A DNA stretch of 63,796 nucleotides, counting the filler, from Polymyxa betae A26-41 (taxonomy: Eukaryota; Protista; Endomyxa: Phytomyxea), in the NCBI GenBank assembly GCA_003693705.1. It is 8 parts of 8 records of this genome, joined end to end, with 100 filler letters (N's around TTAATTAATTAA, not from the genome) between each part and the next. Parts side by side here need not be neighbours in the genome. Positions count along the whole stretch, not along the records: positions 1 to 16,139 come from RBZT01000670.1; 7 more parts are not named here. One strand, given 5' to 3'. A program made the translations under genes and the position numbers. A model generated the notes under the pieces. The model was not told the DNA's origin, did no database searches, and was given only the letters and a program-made list of their open reading frames with translations. This document shows, in pieces, positions 1 to 13,666 of the stretch (position 1 is its first letter; every line of letters begins with the position of its first letter).

Positions 1-59
1 TTGAAAATTGCGCCGGTTCGGACTTGATCATTTTATTGATCATTGATCAAAAAATTGGT

Positions 60-945
60 CAAAAAAAGGAGCTTCTCGAATTTGGCGAATTTTCACTATC
101 AGTGTAACGTAAAATCCGCGCGCAAGTTATGTACCAAGTTGGTACGCGTAAAATCCCCTTCAAATTTGGCGAATTTGAATTTTCAGTGTAAACGTAACGT
201 AAAGTCCGCTGGCCAGTATGTCCCTAGTTGCCCGAAACCGATCGAACAAAAATCGGGACCTGTGGTTTTAGAGCGAAATGCTTGATTGCACTCGATCGTT
301 ATCACAATTAGCAGGTCGTGGGCTGGCACAATCGACGGAAACCCTAATTTGCAATATTCTTTTTTCGCAATTGCCAAACTCGGTAAATTTTTGCGCAAGG
401 CCGTCGCATTTTTCCAAATCCTCGCACTTTACGAGACATTGGCGATATAAATTGTGCCGAGGCCAGTAAGGTCAATCAGTGGCGCGTTCCGTGACGGTCT
501 CCGTCCTGTCAGGGGTTTCTGAATGTCCCCTGACTGTTGGCACTGTCGACGAAACCCTAATTTGCAATAATGTTATTTCGCACTGGGCCAACTCGGTCAA
601 TATTTGAGCAAAGCCGTCGAAATTTTCCGAGTTTTCGCACTTTACGATACGTTGGCGATTCATATTGCACTGAGGCCAGTACGACCAATTGGATGGATTG
701 GATTGGATTTACTAGTTTGTCCAGTACGACCAATTCGTGACGCATTCCGTGACGCTCTCCGTCCTGTCAATTGCTCCAGACTGGCGCCTGACTGGCCAGG
801 AGGCCGATGCGACTTAGCTCGACAGGACGCCAGTCCAGGCGATGACTGGCCAGGAGGCCGAAGAGACTTAGCTCGACTGGAGTACAGTCAAAGGCCTGAC
901 AGCACGGTCAAAAATTAGAAACCTTATTGGGAGTTTCTATATGGT
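60..945. repeat. Nested imperfect direct repeats, probably the subterminal region of a DNA transposon
   Basis: Near-duplicates at about 75-120/159-208 (aatttggcgaattt...cagtgtaa...cgtaaa.tccgc), about 332-468/546-681 (tcgacg.aaaccctaatttgcaata...gaggccagta) and about 790-823/844-878 (gactggccaggaggccga...gacttagctcgac). No credible ORF. Confidence 0.55.
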
Positions 946-1682
946 TTAAAAAACACATTGTAATCAACCATGTTCTCTAGTATAATATCGTTCCATTTCA
1001 TACTTTCTTTGAATACATACTTTTTACCATTGTTGTATAAATAAAAAAGAGCTTCGCTCTGCTACATCATTTACAACTGGAGCCATAACTGATTTGATCT
1101 ATAAGAAGGCAGTGAAGATAGAAGCAATGCAAAGCTAAACAAAACAATAAATAAAGGCAGCAATAAGATTGTTTTATCCCGTCAATTTCGGCAGAAATTT
1201 TATCAGTTCATTGCAAACTCAAAAAACAAATCCCCTGCTATCACTTTCAATTGCAAAAAGCTATATGAACTGTTCGATTATTAAGAGGCATCCGTTCATT
1301 AATGATACTTCCCATAGTTGTGTAATTAACATCAAACCTGTTCCAGAGCAGCAGTTTGCAGTTCCATGGACATGCATGAGATTCGGCAGTGATTGCAAGA
1401 TGCTGAAAATCATGAAATGCTGGTCGATCTCTTTGCGAAGATATTTCATGACTTCAGTTGACCAACTCCCTACACGAAATGTCCAAACTCTTGATCCGTT
1501 GATGCGTTTACCTACTATTCTGACAAAAATCAAATCATCTATCTATCTTGACAGACTGGGAGTATTCTCGACTTAAGGTCAGTGGTGAAGCTCGAGAATT
1601 TTCAAAGGAATTGAAATATTGGGATTAACTATTTTCGTTGAATTGATTGGAAAGCGAAAAAAGAAGCTCGTGCAAAATCAAC

Positions 1683-1756
1683 TGGAGCGTGCGATATTCG
1701 AAATCGCGACCTCATGCTTGCAAAGCATGCGTGATAACCAACTACACTAACGCCCC
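1683..1756 (-). tRNA. tRNA-Ala(TGC)
   Basis: Reverse complement folds into a cloverleaf: acceptor GGGGCGT/ACGCTCC with the G3:U70 Ala identity pair, anticodon arm CATGC-TTTGCAA-GCATG, T-arm GCGAT-TTCGAAT-ATCGC, discriminator A. Confidence 0.93.
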
Positions 1757-1889
1757 GGATCCGTACACCAAATAAGACAAATCCTGGTGAGGTTGAAAGC
1801 TCAATTTATATTTAAACGCCAACTGCGTGGGTAAAACCAACACCGCTGAATTCACCTTTTATTTAACAGATAAAAACACCTGCAGATGA

Positions 1890-3840
<1,951 letters not shown>

Positions 3841-4209
3841 ACCTAAATAACCAGTCACATCTGATGTATTCATTGAGAAGTTAATTTATCGGTTGCTAAG
3901 GTTATACCATCTGACTTTTGCTAGCGAGTACTTAGCGAAGATGTTTACTTCGATTAGACCCCATATATGTCGTTGATGTAGTTTGCATTAATGGCGAGTC
4001 ACCACAGCGCTGTCGAAAATGAAAGTAGCGCTTTGTCAGCGAATAACGTGAAACCAGCATCTCCGTATTATCTTTGTATTATACAATTACCATAGATGAG
4101 CATTCCACTTGTTGTGCTCTGGGCTATTCGTGCCGCGATTGTGCGATTAGAGTCTGACGAATGGGTTGAAACCTGACCTCACAAATTTCAGTGGAAGCTT
4201 TGCGAGCGT

Positions 4210-4956
4210 TTGGTGACGCTTCCACGAGCAAACGTTCACCTTGTTCAACCCATGATATCAACGGTTCCGCCTTGCAGCTGGGATCTGGGTTCGTCACCTT
4301 CGGTCGTTTGGGTCCAGCAAAGGTTTCCCAATGTCACGGATGCCCACGATTACAGCCGGCCTCTCTATGGGCTACGTCATACTGATCAGCCCCTGTTTGT
4401 GTTTTGTGACTTGGAAAGGGTTCCGTCCTGGGCTGTCGCTGACCTGTCGCTCTTGATTTCTTTCTCTATTCGCATCGACTTCACTCCGACCATGATCGGC
4501 TTCAGCTGTAAACCATACGACGATGGCCGGACCGATATGTATCGATGGATGGCACTCTGGCTTCCGTTCTCGTTTATGGCCGTCACGACTGTGTTCTATT
4601 TCTATGTGGAGTACGACCGCGGGTTGTTTCACAAGCTGTTGGAGTTGGAAGAAGGCTTTCAAGCAAACCGCATCTTTGCGCTGCTGTTGTTCCCAGCGTT
4701 GGTCGGATTCACGTTCTTACAGACTGGGTTGGTTGCCTGCTTTTGCAGTCGCAGGCGGATCAGCCGAGTATGCGGCGCTCTCACAACATTATCGCTTCTC
4801 TTTTTTGCAAGCACAGCCTGTTCTGTTGCAGATAGCATCTACTTGATGAGACAAACACATTCGTTTGTGAAAGTGGTAACTCTACACGAGATATTGTCAG
4901 TCACAAGTCACTTTGGGCTTTCTCTCTCCTATCTAATCTTCAGCGCTTTGAACTAA
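4210..4956 (+). CDS. Hypothetical multi-pass membrane protein (start uncertain)
   Basis: 248-aa ORF with about 4 hydrophobic segments in the C-terminal half; no family recognised. Confidence 0.5.
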   Translation: MVTLPRANVHLVQPMISTVPPCSWDLGSSPSVVWVQQRFPNVTDAHDYSRPLYGLRHTDQPLFVFCDLERVPSWAVADLSLLISFSIRIDFTPTMIGFSCKPYDDGRTDMYRWMALWLPFSFMAVTTVFYFYVEYDRGLFHKLLELEEGFQANRIFALLLFPALVGFTFLQTGLVACFCSRRRISRVCGALTTLSLLFFASTACSVADSIYLMRQTHSFVKVVTLHEILSVTSHFGLSLSYLIFSALN

Positions 4957-5922
4957 ATTATTTGAATATATAACTGTTTTAATATTCTCTTGAGCTGGTC
5001 TCCCAATCAGCTCATAGCAACTATGTTACTGCTTAGGATGCAACACGAACTTCTGCAAACTTCTCTGATTGGAAGGGAATTTGCTTAGTTTCACAGAATT
5101 CTAAAAGTTGGCAAGAAACGGGCAGAAGCAAGTTAAATTGATGAGCAGATCTGAAATACAGACTAATTCTGGCGGTGCAACTGTAAATAAAAAAGAATTC
5201 CTAAAAAATCCGATTCAATGAAAACGATCGAAAGCTCCAAGTTTAGGTGGTTGACAAGAACAACTGCATTGGTGTCAGGAAGGAGTCTACTTTCAAATTC
5301 ATGTGTGTACCTAAATATAATCCTTGATTGAAGCGCTCATCCTAGACCAGAAGCAGAGCGTGCTTTGAACAAATGACCATCATAACGATGAATAAGAGCA
5401 TGCAGAGAATAGAATAGGCAACATCAACCATCGGCTTCGTTTATTCCGGGACAATCAAGATTACAAAAACTTATACAATGAAGGAAACAGGGGCATTCGG
5501 TCAAATCTAATGAATAAGACGAGCGGTAGTAGAATCGTGGAAAGATACCAGCAGGTAGGATGGACAACACAACAAGAAATAGCATGGGCCATGGTCAGCT
5601 AGAATAAGACATCACAGCCTTGAATAATGATACCAGCATCGATGAGCTGCTAGAAAGAATGATGCACGACAGCATACTTACCTTGTCGAGATATCACACA
5701 AAGTTCGGGAAAATAGAAAATCAAAAACCTTTCGTGCAGCTTCCACTGATTCTTATCGAGACAATACACAAAACGAAGACAGTATCCACCCATTTAGCTC
5801 TTAGCTTGGTCGGAGTTCATCTGAGATGTGCGCTTTGAGATCGAGAATTACGCCAATTAGGGCAGAAGTCCAATCGCAGCGGTTGTACTTATAAATAGTT
5901 AACTTTCAAGAGTTGCGGATCG

Positions 5923-6924
5923 TCATGAAACAGTTCCGGCCAAGAAACTTGACATGTTCTGAATGAATTTGTCATCGTCGTCATTCACCATATCCATATT
6001 CAAATCCCTAAACTCAGGGACATTCATATGAGCGCACTCGTCGATAATCTTGTTGGCGAGTTCAATTTCCCGTTTTAGCGCCTCCAGATGCTGTACAAAT
6101 AATTGCCCAGCATTAGTGCTTATTGTCTGAGAATCTTCGGAGGGAGTCGCCGCCGGATGATCATTGATGCTTAGCGGAGACTCGGCCTGTAACGCCTTAG
6201 AGCACGGTTCAACTTGAGAGACAGGGGATTTAGCTTGAGATGAAGCCATAACCGGGGAGGTAGACGCCGGTTTTGTGGGATTCGTTTCGGACGGCTTTGT
6301 GGGCATGGTTTCAGCAGTTTTTGCAGGCGATGATTCGGCGAGAGACTTTTCCAATCTGGCTCGGATTCCAAGAGGCTGTCCAGCACGTTTGGCTCTTGTG
6401 ATAGCAGTAGTGATTAACTCGCCGGTAGGCACCTGTGAGCTGGCAGCAACTTTAGCTTGCTTCCTGGCCAATACCAATTCCCGCTGGCGATTCTTCAGGT
6501 CGACCGCCCTCTTTCTATTCAGGCCTTTTTCCTTGGCGCCTTGATCGTCGCTGCTCCCAGCATTATCATTCGCTTTCTTCTCTCGCATAATCTGATCGAA
6601 TGACTTGATGACGATTTTATCTGCTGAGTTTGTCTTGACTTCTGGCTGGCCAGTTGTTTTCTTGACATCTTGAGCATTGGCAGCCTTCTTCTTCATAGAA
6701 GCGAACAGCTTTGCCCGCATCAGCTCTTCGTCCTGATCATGTTGTTCGGTCATATTGACGACGACTACGACTATGGTGGATGGGACGACCCTCCCAACAC
6801 GATTACATTCACAGATATTTGCGCACTTTTTTACGATCGCACTTTTATCGAAAATCGTAAAAAACAATCTCTGAAAGTCATCTGCCAAACAGCTTGATTG
6901 CTGTTGTCGGCTGATCGCCAACAA
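5923..6924 (-). CDS. Hypothetical low-complexity/coiled-coil protein (true start probably MTEQHD near 6753)
   Basis: Long stop-free ORF rich in K/E/S/P/T; no recognised domain. Confidence 0.6.
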   Translation of the reverse strand: MLAISRQQQSSCLADDFQRLFFTIFDKSAIVKKCANICECNRVGRVVPSTIVVVVVNMTEQHDQDEELMRAKLFASMKKKAANAQDVKKTTGQPEVKTNSADKIVIKSFDQIMREKKANDNAGSSDDQGAKEKGLNRKRAVDLKNRQRELVLARKQAKVAASSQVPTGELITTAITRAKRAGQPLGIRARLEKSLAESSPAKTAETMPTKPSETNPTKPASTSPVMASSQAKSPVSQVEPCSKALQAESPLSINDHPAATPSEDSQTISTNAGQLFVQHLEALKREIELANKIIDECAHMNVPEFRDLNMDMVNDDDDKFIQNMSSFLAGTVS

Positions 6925-7027
6925 ACATCGACCGAGATGCTATGGCGGACTGAAAGTTTCTTCCGATGATTTATTTTTCTCTGCAATTCCTGAAGATTAA
7001 AGGATCCGTATGCCCTGCGTCTTGCTT

Positions 7028-8073
7028 CTATGTTGACGCCACTCCTGCCAAAATTCGCGCTAGACGCTCCATATGGTCATCATCGAAGACCTGCTGCTGG
7101 CGAACGGGCGGAACTGGAGTACAATGCATCAGGACAAGACCAGGTGAGGCTGTCAACCCGTATCTGGGATCGACCCGGCATCCGTTTCTCAGGAATGCTT
7201 GATCGTTTGCTGTTAGATATAAAGATATGGCTAACGACCAGGTCCAGGGTGATGTGGAACTCGAATCTTTGACAACCACCAAGTCGTCGAGGGCAACGAA
7301 ATCCTGCTGGAGAGGCACGTCTAGGCGGATTTGATACACTTCTGACGACTTCAGGCCGGTGACTAACTGGCATGTCCTCCATGAAACGCTTTCCGCGTCC
7401 TGAGGCCAGTTAAAATGATGAACTGAAATGTTTTTCATTCTGTAATCAAAAAGGAACAGTTGTTTAGATGGAATTGTCTAAAGCTCTGCAATCTGCAAAG
7501 ATCGTTTTCGATCGTTGCCAGCTATAAATCTGACAAAAAAGTCGTATACCCAGAATTGCACTAGAAGGGATTCGGTTGTATGCTGCCCTATTTGCTGGAA
7601 CAGGACTGATCCGACTTTCACAGATTGATGATATTGTACGCCAATCCAGCGTCGCGACATCGAATCGGATCGCCCGCCCCAAAACGCGCCTCGAAAAGCT
7701 TCAATGGCGCCATAACCCTATTATACCCGATCAGAAATGGCTCGATCGCAATTCCTCAAAGAGCTAAACGAAAAGCCCAACCTGATATCCTCCATGCTGC
7801 GGGTCTGAAGCCGACCTGTATAACTCAGAAAGACAACTCGAATGGTTTGTGGTGAACATACCCGGAGCTGATCATGTTAGCGATTCCGACCTGTTCAGCG
7901 ATGCTGTTGCCATCTTGATCGAGAAAGTTCACTAACGAAACATCCCATGCGAACTGAGTGGAATTCGCTATCGATAACAGGCGCCACGTTGATTGCTCGA
8001 TCTGATTGCAGAGCGTCGTACCTGATGCCAAAAATGATAGCAGCGGCAGTAATGGCAGCCAGCTCCTGATCAT
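7028..8073 (-). CDS. Secreted protein with a possible discoidin/F5-8 type C (galactose-binding-like) domain; spliced
   Basis: Signal peptide MIRSWLPLLPLLSFLASG. Spliced exons give ...SSGSASDPQHGGYQ-GYGAIEAFRGAFWGGRSDSMSRRWIGVQYHQSVKVGSVLFQQ..., which resembles discoidin motifs. The domain call is inference. Confidence 0.55.
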
Positions 8074-8705
8074 GCTGGTGAGTTTGATCCAGAGTTTGGC
8101 TCTTGACTGAGAATTGTAATCAGTTTCGGATCATATTAAGAAGGTGAGTCATGCCCATCAAATGAGTTTGCATTCCAGATTCGCAGTGCATTCTATGCCG
8201 GTTTCTTTCCAATGGAACACAATATGGAAGTAATACATACCAATCATATTTCTATTATGGAAACTCAGGGCGATTAGAAGATAAACGTTCGTAAACTGCG
8301 AGCAAGACCTTGAGAAGAACTTGCCCTAGATCGACAAAAATGTTTGCGTTCAGATGCGTATAAAACGATGCGATAGAATTAAAATAAAACGATCCAGTCG
8401 TCGTTAATCAGATGAGTCAGGCGAAAGCAACAAAAAAGAAATCGTTTAATGTCCTTGACAAGATGGCTGTTATATGGCAGGCGAACAAACTACTTGTTTC
8501 CGAGCCTTACTGGGCAATGAGCCCCCCTGAGATCCTGAGATCCTGAACCTCAGCACTCCACAAAAAATCTGCAATCCTTTCCACAACGATTGCAAACAAG
8601 TCCGCCACGGAATCCTGCTGCAGAAGCGGCCAAAAGGGCCAAGTCTTATTCTCGCATTCGCCCGAGTTATTGTGGCTTTTCTAGGCCTTGTGTTGTCATC
8701 TCGAG

Positions 8706-11607
8706 ATGCCGGTTATCAGCGTGGGCCGAGATAAGCTGTTCGAATGCTTGGGCAGGACATTCAGTAAGGAGGTGTTTCGATTTTCGAATAATGGCATCCT
8801 AACTTGTGGCCAGCTCAAGAGGAATTCGAGCACCTATGCTTTGAGTTTGGTATCGAATTAGATGATGTGGTAAGTTGCAATTATTCTCGGATTTTGATTT
8901 TTAGAAGTCTGTTTTTCATTGCTTGAGATTTCGATTTTGTTTCCTGTTGTTGACGCTGAGATCTGTTTAGACGTCAGAAGCCGAGATGGTGGAGAAGATG
9001 AAAGGCGCCCAAGCCGCCAAAGGTCTCTCGACAGAGGTCATCTATAAAATCGATATCCCTGCCAACCGATACGATCTTCTTTGTCTTGAAGGACTGTCTC
9101 GGGCTTTAAGAGTGGGCTCACCCTACCACCCCAAAACCTTACCATGTTCTCACTATCGTTCGTTATTAGGTCTTTCTTAAAGCTCAAGACCCGCCGACCT
9201 ATATCGTTTCGGGATCGCCGTCTATCGTCGTCGATGTCACTCCTTCCACGAAGCAGATCCGTCCGATCGTCGTCTGTGCTGTTCTTCGAGGCGTGACGTT
9301 CACTCCTCAGTCGTATAAGTCCTTCATCGATCTCCAGGTAATGTTCAATTTCTCGCTTGCTTTGTTCCATTTTTTGAATCGTTTTTGTTTTACTATTTGT
9401 TCATGGCTGATAATCCTGATCAATGCTTTAGTCTGTTTTGTATTTCTCGCTTTGTATTGATTTCGAACCTTCATATACACCTCATCTACTGGTTTTGCAA
9501 TTTATCGTGTCAATGCCATTTACTTTTCCGCTTTTTTGAGGTTTGGAATAATTACCGGAACGACAGTCAGAGCAAACCGATTGTTTGCTGGTGTTGATGA
9601 ACCTTTCGTCTGATTTTCTGTCATAGGACAAGTTGCACCAGAACATCTGTCGTGAACGCCGGTTAGTAGCCATTGGAACGCACGATCTCGACACTATTCG
9701 GGGCCCTTTCCGCTACGATGCCCTTCCTGGCGATGCATTCCGATTCCAGGCATTGAAAGAGGATCGTGTCATGACCTGCAACGAACTCTACGACAGCTAT
9801 CGTAATCGAGCTCAATGCGAAGTTCGGAAGTATCTGCCTCTCATTGAATCTTCTCCCGTCTATCCGGTACCGCCACTTGTTGCTGTCGATTACGAATGAA
9901 TTTCAAACTTCTCTCCTTTAGGTCATCTTTGATGCCGATAATCGGGTGTTGTCGGCACCGCCGATTATCAATTCAGATCATTCCAAGATCCGATTGGAGA
10001 CGAAGAATGTCTTCATCGAGTGCACGGCTACCGATTTAACGAAAGCCCATATTGTGTTAAACACAGTGGTACGTTGTTCTGTCATCTCATATCGTCATAT
10101 TTTACACAATTCCTTTTTCAAACCTTCTTCTTTGTTGTGCTCTGTTTCTTAGCTGTATTGGCGTTATAGTGCATATCCTTGATTTGCCACTGCGACTCAA
10201 ATCAATTTGTTGTGTTTCAGGTTTGTATGTTCTCTCAATACACATCGCCACAAAAATTCGTTTGCGAGCCCGTCACTATCCGATACCCAGACGGTACGTC
10301 GTGCGTCACCCCCGACTTGTCGACAGTATGTGCAGATCACAAGACATTAGTGTTGCATTGTTCTGAGCTTCGGTTACCAGGTACATTTTGAGACTACTGC
10401 TTCTTACATCAATTCTGGAATTGGTACCAATATCCCGGCCTGCGATATGATCAGCCTTCTTCATCGAATGCAAATCAATGTGCGTTTACTGTCTTCCCTT
10501 TTGAGCAAAAAGTTAATCATAATTGATTCAGGCATCGTTGATTGGCAATGACAAGATCTCATGCGAAGTCCCACCCACCCGATCCGATATTCTTCACGCT
10601 TGTGATCTTCTGGGTAATGAATTCTTCTGCTTTGGTTTCGAAGTTTTCACGGTGATGCAGAGGATGTCGCCATCGCTTACGGATATAATAAGATTGAGCG
10701 AACGGTTCCGAAATGCTACACGATCGCCAAGCAGCTTCCGATCGGATCACTCTCCGATCTGATTCGTGAAGGAGTTGCTCAGGCTGGATTCAACGAGGTT
10801 TGTCCGTTATCATTTCGAGTTAAAAACGCCAAACACGTTTGCTCAGGTGCTTACCTGGGCTCTGGTTTCGCGCCCAGAGACCTACGATTTCATGCTACAA
10901 CCGGATCGCGAGGATGCCGTTGCTGTTTCCAATGCGAAGACCGCCGAGTTCCAGATTGTTCGAATTTCGTTGCTTCCAGGTCCGTTTCTGTTTCTTATTA
11001 ATGTCATCGTCGTACTGATTGCTGATAGGCATCTTGAAAACGTTGGCGCATAATCGTGCTTCTGTACAGCTTCCAATTCGGTTATTCGAACTCTCAGATG
11101 TTGCCATTTTGGATCCAACGCACGCTGTTGGTGCTCGAAATGATCGTCGTCTCGGTGCGGTGTATTGTGCTCGCTCTGCCGGATTCGAAGTCATTCATGG
11201 TCTTCTTGATCGTGTCATGACCTTAAACAATGTTCGCCACAGCGACAGGTTCGTCTGTTTTTTATCTGTCAAAACTTGTGCTAATCATTGTCTGTTAGTT
11301 TGGAAGAGCCGACGAATGGCAAGCCCCCGATTGGTCACTACTGCATTCGACAATCGTCGAATCCATCTTTCTTGCCGAACCTACGAGCTGATGTTATGTT
11401 TCAGTCCGGTCGTGACGAAAAGTATTGAGATTGCTTGCATAATCTACTCTTTTGTGATTTGGGATAATTAGGATGGTTTGCTTGGGAACAATGGGCGTGC
11501 TTCATCCCCAGGTCCTTGAGAATTTCGGCATTGATTCGCCATGCTCCGCTTTGGAGATCACCATCGAGCCTCTACTGATCGCTGGGCGCCCTGTTGCCAG
11601 CTCTTAA
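8706..11607 (+). CDS. FARSB: Phenylalanyl-tRNA synthetase beta subunit, cytosolic; more than 10 short introns
   Basis: [110 protein letters not shown] and [12 protein letters not shown]...ALEITIEP, ending at TAA 11607. Confidence 0.95.
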
Positions 11608-11859
11608 GGATTGCATATTGTGAGAAAAAATATACGCTAAATAAATTGTCTGAAACAACAGATCATCAGATGCAACGTTTATCTTCATCGAATTTTTGTC
11701 TCTGACATACCTTCTGTTTCATATAAACCATTCTACCAGCCCTCAACCATCTTTCCGACGCGTATCGTTTTCTCGCAATGAAATGATGGTGAGGGTGGGC
11801 GCTGCCTCTATTGCAGTGATGCAGTGTCAGTACGAGGTTCATTGCTGTCCCATTCAGCG

Positions 11860-13075
11860 ATGCTGCTCAGGAGATCATTGCCTTTCCTAATCGCTGTCTT
11901 GTTCCTCAAGCTGACCTCGGCTCTTGTTCCAGTTAGTCGTCATGTGACAGTTCAGGTCGCTCCCGGCAACGACGTCGATATTCAACTATTGCCATATGAC
12001 AGGCAATCGCTGACGATCTTGAAGACGACCATCGAGATTCTTCCATCAACTGGGCAATTGTTCCAGTTATCACAGGTCTATGCTGTGCATGGATATGATC
12101 CCAAGGTCGGGTCGCAGATAACCGCCAATGGAACCGATGTCTACTCGCTGGCGTCAAATCGTGTCATATTTCGAGCTCCATTAGGGTTTTCTAGGACGAC
12201 CATGAAATATTCAGCTACGAATTCCAATGGTAAATCATCGTATTATGGAATCGTCTATATCACTGTCGATGGGGTTGCTGTACAAAGCGATTTCACTGTT
12301 GATAGCGAAGGCTGGCTCGTTGTCTATGATTCTGTTAGCAATCCTTCATGGTCAGCCACAAGCGTAGGTTCGTACTTTCAGAATCGCATCTCGAATCAGA
12401 CTAAGGATTTCCGAAGGCCATTTGAATCACTACATATATTCGACTTCGATTCCATACGTTCTAAATTCTGCTAATCGAGCTCGATGGTCTTTCCAGGCGC
12501 CTTCCAAATTTTAGTACGTTAATGCTGTATCAATATATTGTTGATTAACTCTAATGAAAGTGGGAATTTTGCTCGGGCGTATAATGGATATTTTCAGTTC
12601 TGGCTGACGAGTTTCGCTGGAGATTTCACAGCAAATGTTCGACCAAATCCGAAACGATTCTTGGAGTTAACCTGTGCTGTCTGTGGCAATGGAGCTGGTA
12701 TCTCGCTCGTGCAGAGGAACATCACCTATCTAGGTGATACCAGATTCTTCAAATTTCAGCTGAACGAGCTTGGAATCAACCAATGGCTGATAGATCCCAA
12801 AGACGTATTTCAAACAGTAGGACGCTCATTTGGAAGCATGACGATTTCTGATTCTTTGTTCAGACGTGGTCGTCGCCCACCTACTACGAATTCTTTCAGG
12901 TGCTGTCGAATCTGAGCAAGATTGCGATCTACCCGGATTCGACGTATGGTCAGGAGTCGGTCGCCTTGGACAACGTTCAACTCATCCTTGGTCTCAGTAA
13001 GTCTAGAAATGCAGCAAGTTTTTGCCTATCATTGATGTGTACTTAGATGATTTGAATGTTACTGCTTATCCTTAA
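11860..13075 (+). CDS. Secreted protein with a laminin B (laminin IV type A)-like domain; spliced
   Basis: Signal peptide MLLRRSLPFLIAVLFLKLTSA. Motifs SDFTVDSEGW, WSFQAPSKF-GNFARAYNG.F.F.L, EFFQVLSNLSKIAI and ESVALDNVQL match my recollection of laminin B domains. Confidence 0.65.
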
Positions 13076-13095
13076 TCTAAGTCATTAAATACAGA

Positions 13096-13666
13096 ATGGA
13101 CCAGAAAGTTTTAAACCAATTTCAAGCGAGGGAACTGAATGCTTTAAAATCAGGCTTTTGAAGCTCCTTTGGAGTTGATTCCTCATTTCTAGCTCTGCCC
13201 TACCAGTACCAGAGACGTATTGTTGAAATGTATGCTATCAAGCCGGCTTTAACGCCGCAGACAAGTAATCACGAGTTTGGGAGGCAAATCTGCAAACTGT
13301 TGCGAGCTCAGCGCATACGAACATTGAAAGGTTTGGCTGAGATACCGAGATGGGTGCATTCTGTTTAGCAAGAGACCTCATTCTGAAAGTGCTTGACCTT
13401 CTGCTTTTTCATGCTTAGCAAGGTAAGATTCTCTGGTTTGGATTTTGAAAACATCAGTGAATCAGAGAGGATTGCTGCCATCGCAATCTGTTCTGATCCA
13501 TCTATTTCAAGTATGTGGAGCCAGGTTCGCCGAGATCTCCAATCGTCGCCAGCTGTATTTCTGCACCAGGCCCCGGGATAATGGACACGACCCGGGTTTC
13601 GAGGCAGAACTGCTGAGATTTATAATGGAGCCAAGCCTTCAGCCGAAAGCTCTTTTCGTATCATGA
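13096..13666 (+). CDS. Possible hypothetical spliced gene (fragmentary; extent uncertain)
   Basis: ATG at 13096 (MDQKVLNQFQARELNALKS) continues in frame only if a 39-nt GC-AG intron (13154-13192) is removed. Later open segments at 13393-13666. Confidence 0.25.

Noticed and set aside
5040-5900. Possible small spliced membrane-protein gene on the minus strand
   Set aside because: Splice-like sites are present but I could not build a stop-free frame.
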